Below, piece by piece: positions 8,479-17,614 of a stretch of DNA of 64,000 nucleotides. Position 1 is the stretch's first letter. Each line of letters begins with the position of its first letter. The position numbers were made by a program, and so were the translations under genes. The stretch comes from an uncultured Candidatus Binatia bacterium (lineage in GTDB: Bacteria > Desulfobacterota > Binatia > UBA9968 > JAJDTQ01). The stretch lies in contig OZ244070.1 of the NCBI GenBank assembly GCA_965215605.1, forward strand, positions 480,001 through 544,000, written 5' to 3'. The notes beneath the pieces were generated by a model. The model was not told the DNA's origin, did not search any database, and saw only the letters and a list, made by a program, of their open reading frames with translations.

Positions 8479-10797
8479 ATGCAGCATTTCGAAACGCGAT
8501 TCGCGGAGTGGGTGGTGGCGGCCCGCTGGCCGATCGTGGCGGCCACGTTGATTCTGGTCGCGGTGGCCGCGAGCGGCAGTCTGTTCCTCAAGTTCTCCAC
8601 GGACTATCGCGTATTCTTCAGCGAAGACAATCCTCAACTCCTGGCCCTCGAGGCGTTGGAAAGCACCTACGGGAAGAGCCACAACGTCCTGTTCATGATC
8701 GTTCCGGAGGATGGCGACGCCACGTCGGAACAGGCCCTGGCGGCAGTGGGCTGGCTCACCGAGCGCGCCTGGCAGGCGCCGTACTCGAGACGCGTCGATT
8801 CCATCGCGAACTTCCAGCATACCACCGCCGACGGCGACGACTTGTCGGTGCGAGACCTTGTCGACCCGACGAAGCTGGCCGATGGCGGGGAACGGGCGCG
8901 GATCCGCGCCGCGGCCCTGGCCGACCCGCGGCTTGCGGGAAGCCTCCTGGCCCGGGACGGCAGTGTGAGCGCCGTCAGCCTGACCGTGGAGCTGCCCGAC
9001 GAAAATCAAACCGTGACGGTGCCCGAGGTCGCCGAATTCGCCCGCGGGCTCGCTGCCGAGGTGGAAAATCGGTTTCCAGGGATCGACCTCCGTCTGGTCG
9101 GCACGGTGATGATCAACCACGCTTTCTCGGAAGCGTCGGTAGACAGCCAGAAGATCTTCCTGCCTGCTAGCCTCGCCATCATGGCCCTGGTTCTTGCAAT
9201 CCTTACCCGGGGATTCGCGGGGCTGGCGGCGACGGGGTTGGTGATCGTCTTCTCCGTCGTCGTGTCGATGGGGCTGGGGGGTTGGGTCGGGCTGCCGTTC
9301 TCCCCGCCCACGGCACCGGCGCCGACCATCGTGCTGATGATCGTCGTGGCCAACTGTGTGCACCTGCTGATGGCGTTGCTGCAACGCCTGCGGGCCGGCG
9401 ATTCCAGGCGCGCGGCGATCGTCGAAGCCGTCAGGCTCAATCTGTATCCGATCTTTCTCGCCAGCGTGACCACGGCGTTCGGCTTCCTGACCATGAATTT
9501 CTCCGAAGTGCCGCCATACCGCCACCTGGGAAACTTCGTCGCCTTCGGTATCGGCGCCTCGTTCGTGCTCTCGGTCACGTTCCTGCCGGCGCTGCTCTCG
9601 CTGCTCCCTGTTCGCGCGCCCCGGGCCGCGCGGCACGAGGACCCCGCGATGGCCGCCATGGCGAAATTCGTGGTGCGGCGCCGGAAGGCCCTTTTGTGGG
9701 GATCGGCGGCGGTGGCGTTCGCCCTGCTGGCGGCCATACCCCGCAACGAGCTCAACGACGTTCTGGTGCACTTCTTCAACGAAAGGGTCGAGTTCCGGCA
9801 GGATACGGACTTCCTGGACGAGAGGTTGAGCGGCAACACCGTGCTCGAATACTCGCTCGCCTCGGCCGGCCCGGGCCACGTCGCCGACCCCCTCTTTCTG
9901 GCCGACGTATCGGCTTTCGCCGACTGGTACCGCAAACAGCCCGAAACACGGCACGTCAACGTCATCACCGACACGTTCCGGCAGCTCAACAAGAGCATGC
10001 ACGGCGACGATCCGGCCGCCTACCGGCTTCCGGCAAGGCGCGATCTTGCCGCGCAATACCTGCTGCTTTACGAACTCTCTCTGCCCTTGGGACTGGACCT
10101 GAACAACCGGATCGATTCCGCCAAATCGGCGACGCGCATGACGGTAACAGCAAAGACCCTTTCCTCGCGGGAGGTGCTGGAGTTGAACGCGCGCGCGGAA
10201 GCCTGGCTGAAGGGCAACACGCCGCGTATTACCCGCGTTGACGCCTCGGGTCCCGCGCTGCTCTTCGCCCATATCGGGCAACGCAACATCCGCGCGATGC
10301 TGCTCGGAACCGCGGTGGCGCTCCTCGGTATTTCTCTCCTCCTCGTCGTCCCCTTGCGGTCGCTCCGGCTCGGCCTCGCGAGCCTCGTGCCCAATTTTGT
10401 CCCCGCGGTAATGGGCTTCGGCGTCTGGGGACTGATGGTCGGACAGGTGGGACTCGCGCTTTCGGTGGTGGTGGCCATGACCATCGGGATCGTCGTGGAC
10501 GACACCGTACATTTTCTCAGTAAATACCGCCGCGCGCGGCGCGAGTGCACGCCGGAGGACGCCGTGCGCTACGCGTTTCAGACGGCGGGGCGGGCAATGG
10601 TCACGACCTCGGCCGTCCTCGTGGCGGGTTTCCTGATCCTGGTCCTTTCCCCATTCATCCCCACCGCGCAGGTAGGGCTGCTCACGGCAATGATCATCGC
10701 GTTCGCGCTGCTCACCGATTTGCTGCTCCTGCCGGCGCTGGTGCTCACCGTGGACCGTGGCGTCCCGCCCGCCGGGACGGTCCATACCGAAGCCTGA
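8479..10797 (+). CDS. MMPL/RND-family transporter
   Basis: Two repeats of 1 TM + large loop + 5 TM; GIVVDDTVHF motif. Confidence 0.85.
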   Translation: MQHFETRFAEWVVAARWPIVAATLILVAVAASGSLFLKFSTDYRVFFSEDNPQLLALEALESTYGKSHNVLFMIVPEDGDATSEQALAAVGWLTERAWQAPYSRRVDSIANFQHTTADGDDLSVRDLVDPTKLADGGERARIRAAALADPRLAGSLLARDGSVSAVSLTVELPDENQTVTVPEVAEFARGLAAEVENRFPGIDLRLVGTVMINHAFSEASVDSQKIFLPASLAIMALVLAILTRGFAGLAATGLVIVFSVVVSMGLGGWVGLPFSPPTAPAPTIVLMIVVANCVHLLMALLQRLRAGDSRRAAIVEAVRLNLYPIFLASVTTAFGFLTMNFSEVPPYRHLGNFVAFGIGASFVLSVTFLPALLSLLPVRAPRAARHEDPAMAAMAKFVVRRRKALLWGSAAVAFALLAAIPRNELNDVLVHFFNERVEFRQDTDFLDERLSGNTVLEYSLASAGPGHVADPLFLADVSAFADWYRKQPETRHVNVITDTFRQLNKSMHGDDPAAYRLPARRDLAAQYLLLYELSLPLGLDLNNRIDSAKSATRMTVTAKTLSSREVLELNARAEAWLKGNTPRITRVDASGPALLFAHIGQRNIRAMLLGTAVALLGISLLLVVPLRSLRLGLASLVPNFVPAVMGFGVWGLMVGQVGLALSVVVAMTIGIVVDDTVHFLSKYRRARRECTPEDAVRYAFQTAGRAMVTTSAVLVAGFLILVLSPFIPTAQVGLLTAMIIAFALLTDLLLLPALVLTVDRGVPPAGTVHTEA

Positions 10798-10839
10798 CCT
10801 TCCGCGACGTTTGCGCGGCATCCATCGAGGACTCTACCT

Positions 10840-12168
10840 CTACTTCCTCTTTCCCGGCGGCGCCGGGCTTTCTCCGAATGGCATGCCTTCCCCCTGGAAC
10901 ACCTGCTTCGGATCGAACTCTCTCTTCCACCGGATGCCCGTTTCCAGCTTCTCTCCGAAGTGTTCCTTCCATTCCTCGCGCCCATAGCCCACGCGGCCCG
11001 ACAGATAGCTCTTTCCTCCGAGGCCGACGAGTGTCCGGGTGACCTCCTTCAGTCTTTCCGCCACCTCGCTGGCCCTTTCGTAGGCGCCCAGCACGGCCAG
11101 GATATGGTACGAGAACATGCGCCTCCCGCTCGGGTGCATGAAGAGCGGGGCGTCGATCGCCTCGGTATTGATCGGATAGATCCCGATCCAGCTTTCGGGT
11201 GCTGGCGGCACCCACTCCCGGTCCAGCCAAGGCTGGGCGAGCACCGTCGGAAGGGTTTCCCAGGGCATGAACCAATCGCGCCACGGGTAGTAGTGGCTCC
11301 GGCTGAACAGCCAGCCCAGATACATCCCGGCCCGTCCGACCTCGGCGGTGTCACGGATGCTGACAATCTCCTCGTACCCCAGCCCTTCGAGCACCGTTCC
11401 GTCATCGTGTTCCCGGTCGTACTCGACGCCGGCATCCATGATGATCTCGCTGTCGTGGAACCGGGTCTCCGCTCGCAGACGGCCGAACCGGCCCTCGTCG
11501 ACGGCCTGTTCGAAGTCACGCGCGAACCGGTCGAAATCGCGATAGCGGAGCTCGTACTGCCGAATCCGTTCTCCGGCCTTTCGAACGCGGATCCACGCGT
11601 CAGCAATGACGCCGAATTGTCCCTGGCCACCCCTCACCGCGTCGAAGAGGTCCGCGTTCCGGGTGCGTGAGCACCGTACTCGCTCGCCGGTTCCGGTCAC
11701 CACGTCGAGTTGCTCGACCTGTCCGATCTGCATCCCGTAACGGTGGGACGTGTTGCCCAGCCCTCCCGCGGACAAAGTTCCTCCGACGGTCACATCCAAC
11801 GTATCCACCAGCACCCGTGGCAGCCGTCCCGCCCCACGCAGCGCCTCCAACACCTTGCCCCACGGCGCTCCGCCTTGCGCCCGCACCAAGTCTCCCCCCA
11901 GGGGCCGGACTCGATCAAGGTACATCGTGTCGAGCACCAGGCCGCCGTCCGTGAGGCTCTGTCCGCCCTGAGAGTGTCCTCCTCCGCGGACGGCCAGTTG
12001 GACTCCGTCGCCGGCCGCCCCGCGGACGATGCTCGACAGCTCATCGACGCTCTTCGGTCGCGCCACCGCTCCGGGCATCTTCCTGATCATTCTTCCCCAG
12101 TCGTACGATCGAGCCTCCCGGTCTTCCCGGTCTTTGCTCACGCTCGATTCGACACCTTGTTCGACCAT
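10840..12168 (-). CDS. FAD-binding oxidoreductase (VAO/PCMH fold; cytokinin dehydrogenase / berberine-bridge-like)
   Basis: VRGGGHS (covalent-FAD His motif), TVGGTLSAGG, LFDAVRGGQGQFGVI, C-terminal KREFDP. Confidence 0.85.
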   Translation of the reverse strand: MVEQGVESSVSKDREDREARSYDWGRMIRKMPGAVARPKSVDELSSIVRGAAGDGVQLAVRGGGHSQGGQSLTDGGLVLDTMYLDRVRPLGGDLVRAQGGAPWGKVLEALRGAGRLPRVLVDTLDVTVGGTLSAGGLGNTSHRYGMQIGQVEQLDVVTGTGERVRCSRTRNADLFDAVRGGQGQFGVIADAWIRVRKAGERIRQYELRYRDFDRFARDFEQAVDEGRFGRLRAETRFHDSEIIMDAGVEYDREHDDGTVLEGLGYEEIVSIRDTAEVGRAGMYLGWLFSRSHYYPWRDWFMPWETLPTVLAQPWLDREWVPPAPESWIGIYPINTEAIDAPLFMHPSGRRMFSYHILAVLGAYERASEVAERLKEVTRTLVGLGGKSYLSGRVGYGREEWKEHFGEKLETGIRWKREFDPKQVFQGEGMPFGESPAPPGKRK

Positions 12169-12321
12169 TTCTCCTCCTCTCGGGGCACCGTTCCCCGCGG
12201 CAAGATCCTAGAGGCACGAAGCCGCTTCGTCAACGTGCTTCCCGGTTCCGGATCGCTCTTGCATTTCCGTCGGCGGCTACCTAGTCTTTCCCCCGACACG
12301 GGAGGCCACATCGTGGCCGGT

Positions 12322-13176
12322 ATGCAGCAACGGGGGACCAGAGTGGAAATGGAAACGTCTGTCGCCAAACACTACGCCGACTTGACCGAACGCATGGAGA
12401 AGTTCGGCGGGGATCTGCTGGCATGCCATTTCGGCCTTTGGGGACCGGACACGACCACCGATCAGGAAGGCCTGTTGCGCGCCAACCATACCCTGGTGCA
12501 GGGGTGCGATCTCGGCGCGGGACAGCGTGTGCTGGATGCCGGCTGCGGCGTGGGCGGCACCGCCATCATGCTGGCGGAGGCCTATGGCGCCCACGTCACC
12601 GGGCTGACGATCTGCGAGCCGCACGTCGCGGTGGCGGCACAACACGCCGAACGGCGCGGCGTCGGCCATCTGGTGGATTTCCGCCACGGGGACTTCATGG
12701 AGCTGCCGTTCCCTGACGCCAGTTTCGATGCGGTCTTGAATCACGAGTCGTTCTGCTACGCGGACGACAAGCTCGCCTACCTCCGGGGGGTCCACCGGGT
12801 GCTCAAGCCGGGAGGCCGCTGGCAGGCCCTCGAAGGACTGCTGAGCGGCGCGCCGATGTCCGAAGCGCAGGAAGCGCTTCACGCAACCGCACAGCGGGGC
12901 TGGCGCATGCCGCCACTCGAGCCGTGGCGCGACGTTCTCGCGGCTCTCGAGGAAGCGGGTTTCGCGCAGATACGGGAGCAGGACCTCTCCGCCGAGGCGA
13001 TGCGGTCCACGGAAAGAATCCGCCAGGGCTGGCTGTTGCTGACTTTCCTGAATCCCCGCGCCGGCGGGCTGAATCGGGCCTCCCAGGAGTTCATGGAAGC
13101 GACCGTCGGCTACGATCAGGGACTGCAGGAAGGGGTGTTCACCTACCACTTCCTGTCCGGCGCGAAGCCTGCGTAG
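12322..13176 (+). CDS. Class I SAM-dependent methyltransferase (tocopherol/sterol MT-like)
   Basis: HFGLW, VLDAGCGVGG, PFPDASFDAV, RVLKPGGR. Real start is ATG 12322 or 12349; the ORF-track extension to 11710 overlaps the oxidase. Confidence 0.85.
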   Translation: MQQRGTRVEMETSVAKHYADLTERMEKFGGDLLACHFGLWGPDTTTDQEGLLRANHTLVQGCDLGAGQRVLDAGCGVGGTAIMLAEAYGAHVTGLTICEPHVAVAAQHAERRGVGHLVDFRHGDFMELPFPDASFDAVLNHESFCYADDKLAYLRGVHRVLKPGGRWQALEGLLSGAPMSEAQEALHATAQRGWRMPPLEPWRDVLAALEEAGFAQIREQDLSAEAMRSTERIRQGWLLLTFLNPRAGGLNRASQEFMEATVGYDQGLQEGVFTYHFLSGAKPA

Positions 13177-13188
13177 AGGCCGGTCGAC

Positions 13189-14064
13189 TCAGCCGGGTTT
13201 TTCCGCACAGTATCGCCTGAGCTCGAAACTTCCGTTGCTCCAGGCTTCGTACAGCGTTTGGAACTGGTCGATCAACGCGCGGGTCCCGGGCGTTTCGACG
13301 CCGGCAAACCGTAGCGTTGCAAGCAGATTGTAGGCATTCCCGACCAGCCGCATGTTGTCCGCGTCTTTCCCGCCGAAATCCTCGAACTCCAGGACTTCCA
13401 GGCCCGCTTCGCGCAACTTCCCGGAGTAGGTGGACTGGCTCTCCAGACCCTGCACGGCGAACGGCTCGCACAACGGCACGATGTACTTGTCGTACGCCTC
13501 GGCCGCCAGACCGTCCCGCGCCATCCAGTCCATGGCCACGATCCTTCCCGACGGCTTCAGGATCCGGCTGGCTTCCTGAAGGAACCGCCCTCGGTCGTGG
13601 TAGTGGCATGCGCTCTCGATGTTCACCACCACGTCCACCGAAGCGTCGGCGAAAGGCAGGCTCAGCGAGCAATCGGCAAACTCGAAGCGGACTCGATCGT
13701 CCACACCGGCATCGCGTGCCTTGCCGGCGGCCATCTCCAATTGCATCCGGTTCAGATTGACGCCGGTGACCGTGCATCCCCGCGTTCTTGCAAGGTGGAT
13801 GGCGGTTCCGCCCACCCCGCACCCCGCGTCCACCACATGATGGCGTTCCTCGATGCCGGCCGGCGCGACGATGACCTCCACCATGCGCTCCACGGCGCGC
13901 GCGAGTCCCGCGGACTCCGAGAGTTCCTCGCCGGGCCGGGGACATTCTCCCGGCTCGAAGAGTCCGAAGTGGATATGGTCGCGATTCCACCCCCTGAGGT
14001 AGATGCCCGGCGTATTGTCGTCGTAGTAGCGTTCGGCGGCTTTCTTCTCGTCAGAGGCGGACAT
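13189..14064 (-). CDS. Class I SAM-dependent methyltransferase (tocopherol/sterol MT-like)
   Basis: HIHFGLF, VVDAGCGVGG, PFADASVDVV, ESACHY, RILKPSG. Confidence 0.88.
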   Translation of the reverse strand: MSASDEKKAAERYYDDNTPGIYLRGWNRDHIHFGLFEPGECPRPGEELSESAGLARAVERMVEVIVAPAGIEERHHVVDAGCGVGGTAIHLARTRGCTVTGVNLNRMQLEMAAGKARDAGVDDRVRFEFADCSLSLPFADASVDVVVNIESACHYHDRGRFLQEASRILKPSGRIVAMDWMARDGLAAEAYDKYIVPLCEPFAVQGLESQSTYSGKLREAGLEVLEFEDFGGKDADNMRLVGNAYNLLATLRFAGVETPGTRALIDQFQTLYEAWSNGSFELRRYCAEKPG

Positions 14065-14083
14065 TTCGCGGACGGACCTCCCC

Positions 14084-15211
14084 TCAGGAAGACGGCGGCG
14101 TCAGCAACGCCATGAAAGGATACCCCTTGACCTGCTCGATCCGGTCCCCGGCCAGCACGAGCTTGATGTGGTGAACGCCGCGCAGGAGCACGAACGGCCC
14201 CAACACGCCGAACAGCGTGGTCGGACCCGGTGCCCACTTGGCCAGCGCCGACAGCTTTTCCGGAACCGCAAGGCTTTCCTCGCGCAAGCCATCGATGAAA
14301 GCGGTCCAGAGATCGGGCCGGTCCAGCCAATGACGCGGATCTTTCGCCCTCCTCTCCTTGGCGAGGTAACTCAGTCCCAGCGTCGGACCGACCCCGCCCG
14401 CATCCACGTCCAAATGGACCCCCATCTCGACGAACCCCCCTCGCTCCGCAAGGCGCGCCAGGGTTGCGGCGGCGACCGGACTCTGTCCGGGCCAGCCGAC
14501 GCGTTCCAGGAACGCCATGACGGCGCGTGAGTTCCGAAATCCTGTCACCGCAAGACGGATTGCCCTTTCGCGCGATGGAAATACGCCGATGGATTCGATC
14601 TGCGTATCCCCTTCCTGGGCCAGGTGCACCCGTTCGACCTGCCGGCGCTCAGCGGCGTCCGGGGTCCACCCGGCGGCGGAAACCAACGCGTCGAGCACAA
14701 CGTCCACGTCCCGTATCCGCTGGCCCGCGCCGTCCCCCACGATGGGCCGTTCGGCAGGGCGCAGGAATATCCCCGGATCCGGGCGCGAGCCGCCGAGTGC
14801 CGAGCCGACGTCGTACTCAAGCATCATCTTGCGGCCGACGACCTCGCGCAAGGGGGATTCCTCGGAGTCCGTCTCGGACAAGAACAGCGCGATTCCGGCC
14901 GCGGACGAATCCGTGCTTCCCGACCGCGCCTTTTGCTGGAAGACCGCGGCCGCCCCCGTCCCGCCCACCAAAGAGACGCCGAGATCCGCTCTCGGCCTGC
15001 GCTCGTTCAACGGCAGTTCGAAACCGAAGGGGAAGGCGGCCATGGTGGACGGCAACTCGCGCGCGACTCCGAGCAGACCCTCCCATTCCGCTTCGCCGAT
15101 CAAGGCAGGGGGAATCAGGTTCCTGAGGCCCTCCAGCAGCCCTCCCATGGAGTCCGCCTCGGCGGCGAGGCGCTCCTGGGTGACTGCCAGCGCTTCCTCA
15201 AAGGTCGCCAT
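14084..15211 (-). CDS. Hypothetical protein in the YcaO operon (possible ABBA prenyltransferase-like fold)
   Basis: 375-aa ORF 6 bp downstream of the YcaO gene. The fold guess rests on motif style (FGFELPL, LEYDV, HIKL, KGY) and is unverified. Confidence 0.6.
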   Translation of the reverse strand: MATFEEALAVTQERLAAEADSMGGLLEGLRNLIPPALIGEAEWEGLLGVARELPSTMAAFPFGFELPLNERRPRADLGVSLVGGTGAAAVFQQKARSGSTDSSAAGIALFLSETDSEESPLREVVGRKMMLEYDVGSALGGSRPDPGIFLRPAERPIVGDGAGQRIRDVDVVLDALVSAAGWTPDAAERRQVERVHLAQEGDTQIESIGVFPSRERAIRLAVTGFRNSRAVMAFLERVGWPGQSPVAAATLARLAERGGFVEMGVHLDVDAGGVGPTLGLSYLAKERRAKDPRHWLDRPDLWTAFIDGLREESLAVPEKLSALAKWAPGPTTLFGVLGPFVLLRGVHHIKLVLAGDRIEQVKGYPFMALLTPPSS

Positions 15212-15217
15212 GGCGGT

Positions 15218-17614
15218 TCACGCGATGACCGGGACTGGGTTGAGATCCGTCTCCGCAAGGGGAGCTTCGCGCCGTCCCATCGCCACCGGCACGTCGAACA
15301 GGCGCCCCGGCGCAAAACGTTCCCAGAAGTGGCGGAGTCCCGGCACGATCACCCTGGCCACCGGCATGCCGATGTCGGGCCGGGTCTGATCGAGCACCAG
15401 GAACTCCATGCCCCTGGCTTCCACCAGCGCGCGGCATCGCTCCACGTCCTCCCTCACGTCCGCCGTGTCAAGACCGGGGTCCGGCCTCCCGCGCGGCGCG
15501 GCGCCGCGGTCGGGGGCCAGATAGGGGTGATCCGCCAGCTTCGCGTTCTTCCACCACCAAAGGCACATGGGATCGTCGACACCGTACCGGGAGCCGCCGC
15601 TCCCCGGACGGGGTACCCAGGTCAGGCATTGATTCAGTTCGCACACCGCGCGCAAGGCCGCGATGTGGGGGTCGGCGTGCGCCCCGGCGCCGTAGATGAT
15701 GTCCTCCACTTCGGCGTCGGTGCGGCGCGAGAGCGCGACGAAGGCCGGGATGCCGAGATCGCCGGTGACGTCCAGCACCCACACGTCGCGGTGAAGGCCC
15801 CGGTAGTAGTCGCGCGCGGAAGCCAGGTATTCGTCGCCGAAGCTCTCGATGTCCACCGCGGGCACGCGCAGCCGGTTGTACCACCAGATCGCGAAGGCAT
15901 CGCGCTCCACCAGCTCGAAGAATCCCTGAAGGATGGCTTCCTCAAGGGTGTTGCCGGCGGCACAACCGTTCGAATCAGCCCAAAAGCCGGAACTCCCACG
16001 CTGCTCCGGGGCCATGCCGTAGAGCATGGAGGTCGGCAGATACCGATGCCGGTCCTGGGTGAGCGACCACACCGGCGACCACTCCATGGGCTGGTCAGGG
16101 TCAAGGCGCGCGGGAACGATATTGTAGGGGTGTTCGCGCTCGTTGATTTCGTCCGCTTGATCCAGTTGCCGATCGCTGAAGAGCTGGACATCGTTCGGGT
16201 GGATCGCTTCCGGCGCGCCGTCCGCCGCGAAATCCGAAAAACGCCGGCGACGCCGAATCTCGTCCCCATGGAACGCGCCGGAATAGCGCTCGATGGCTTC
16301 GCAGAGCGCACTCGCCTCGGACTGCCTCGCCGTGCTCCCCTTGCCCGCGCTCTTGCTTCGCAGACTGCGCTTCAACGAGCTCAGGCTCCTGATTCTCAGC
16401 GCCAGATTGCTGCCGGCCCAATGGACGTGCAGCCAGGGATCGGTCTCCTCCGTGGTGCGCGTGACCCACGTCACGATCCCGCTGACCGGACTGATCAGAT
16501 GACGGTATCGGGCGAGGGTCTCCCGCGGCGGCACCGAACGCAGGCCGCCGCTGTTGCGCACCCTCTTCGGGCTCGGTTGCAGCCGCACCGGAACCGCCGG
16601 CCGGTCGGCGCGATTCAACGTGCTGTCGCCGCAGGCCGGGCACTGCGGACGGCGCATGACCGGATGGTGCTCGCTCTTCAGACTGGCAACGTCCAGTGAA
16701 ACCGCCTGCTCGTGGATTGGCGCGCTGCCCCCGAAGACCAGCCACTTGGCGACTTCCGCCGCCACCATGCCGTGGACGGCATCCACCACCGCCGGTTCGA
16801 CCGCGCAGGGAAGCACAGCCGCATCGTCCCCGCCAAGGTTCCGCAGGAAAGTGTGCACTTCGTGGTGGCCGCGCAGGCGATGGGTGAGACAGGCCCAGCA
16901 CGGCCCCTGTTCCGCGGGCCGGAAGACCGGGCCGAACAGGGGCTGGACGCCCCGTGGCCTGACCAGCATCCACGGCGCGCCGGACTCGAGGTGGCGCCGA
17001 TTGCGGTCCGCATGCCGTTCGTCGAGATAGTCGGCGCAGACGACAACCGAGAGCGTCGGCCGGTCCGCCTCCACGGCCACGCCCAGGTCTCCCAACCGGC
17101 GGGCGAAGCGGCCGTCATCGCCGGCCACCTCGATCCTCGACGCCCCCAGCCGCTCCTCGGCCCACCGGGGAGAAGCGCCCAGAGCGGACCAAAAGGCCGC
17201 CGAACCCGGTTCCATGGCGTGCCCGCCCGAGACCACGTATCCCCTGGACGCCAGGGCAATCAGCGCCGCTTGGACGTCGGATGCCGAATACCCCTCCGCA
17301 AGGCCCGCGACAATGTCGTCTTGCGTGCGGCGGCCGTCGAGAAGCGGCAGAAGATCGAGATAGATCGGCCCGCGGAGCAGCGTGTCGAAGGTTTCGGAGA
17401 CCAGCAGCACTTGTTGGTCGTCGATGGGGCGAAACTGAAGATGCGGCGTCAGCACCGGCGCCTCGATGAGGCCGCGGTCGGCGGGAACGGTCTTCGTCAA
17501 TATCCCCCGTGGCGGGGAGGTGGGCGGAGACGCCTCCCCGTCCGTGGGCCTTCCCGAGCCTTCCACTCCCGGAACCGGCGACGCTCCGGGGTTCTGTCCG
17601 GTGTCCCGCCTCAA
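15218..17614 (-). CDS. TOMM-type fused cyclodehydratase (RRE/E1-like + YcaO), azoline-forming
   Basis: PCWACL...CPAC Zn motifs; YcaO motifs SAGKG, EAIERYS, SNGCAAG, ELVERDA; Pro-rich C-terminus NPVPVIA. Alternative TTG start at 17500. Confidence 0.92.
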   Translation of the reverse strand: MRRDTGQNPGASPVPGVEGSGRPTDGEASPPTSPPRGILTKTVPADRGLIEAPVLTPHLQFRPIDDQQVLLVSETFDTLLRGPIYLDLLPLLDGRRTQDDIVAGLAEGYSASDVQAALIALASRGYVVSGGHAMEPGSAAFWSALGASPRWAEERLGASRIEVAGDDGRFARRLGDLGVAVEADRPTLSVVVCADYLDERHADRNRRHLESGAPWMLVRPRGVQPLFGPVFRPAEQGPCWACLTHRLRGHHEVHTFLRNLGGDDAAVLPCAVEPAVVDAVHGMVAAEVAKWLVFGGSAPIHEQAVSLDVASLKSEHHPVMRRPQCPACGDSTLNRADRPAVPVRLQPSPKRVRNSGGLRSVPPRETLARYRHLISPVSGIVTWVTRTTEETDPWLHVHWAGSNLALRIRSLSSLKRSLRSKSAGKGSTARQSEASALCEAIERYSGAFHGDEIRRRRRFSDFAADGAPEAIHPNDVQLFSDRQLDQADEINEREHPYNIVPARLDPDQPMEWSPVWSLTQDRHRYLPTSMLYGMAPEQRGSSGFWADSNGCAAGNTLEEAILQGFFELVERDAFAIWWYNRLRVPAVDIESFGDEYLASARDYYRGLHRDVWVLDVTGDLGIPAFVALSRRTDAEVEDIIYGAGAHADPHIAALRAVCELNQCLTWVPRPGSGGSRYGVDDPMCLWWWKNAKLADHPYLAPDRGAAPRGRPDPGLDTADVREDVERCRALVEARGMEFLVLDQTRPDIGMPVARVIVPGLRHFWERFAPGRLFDVPVAMGRREAPLAETDLNPVPVIA

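Noticed and set aside
11710-12321. N-terminal extension of the methyltransferase ORF (apparent 488-aa fusion)
   Set aside because: It overlaps the FAD oxidase on the opposite strand; methyltransferase similarity starts only at ~12322.
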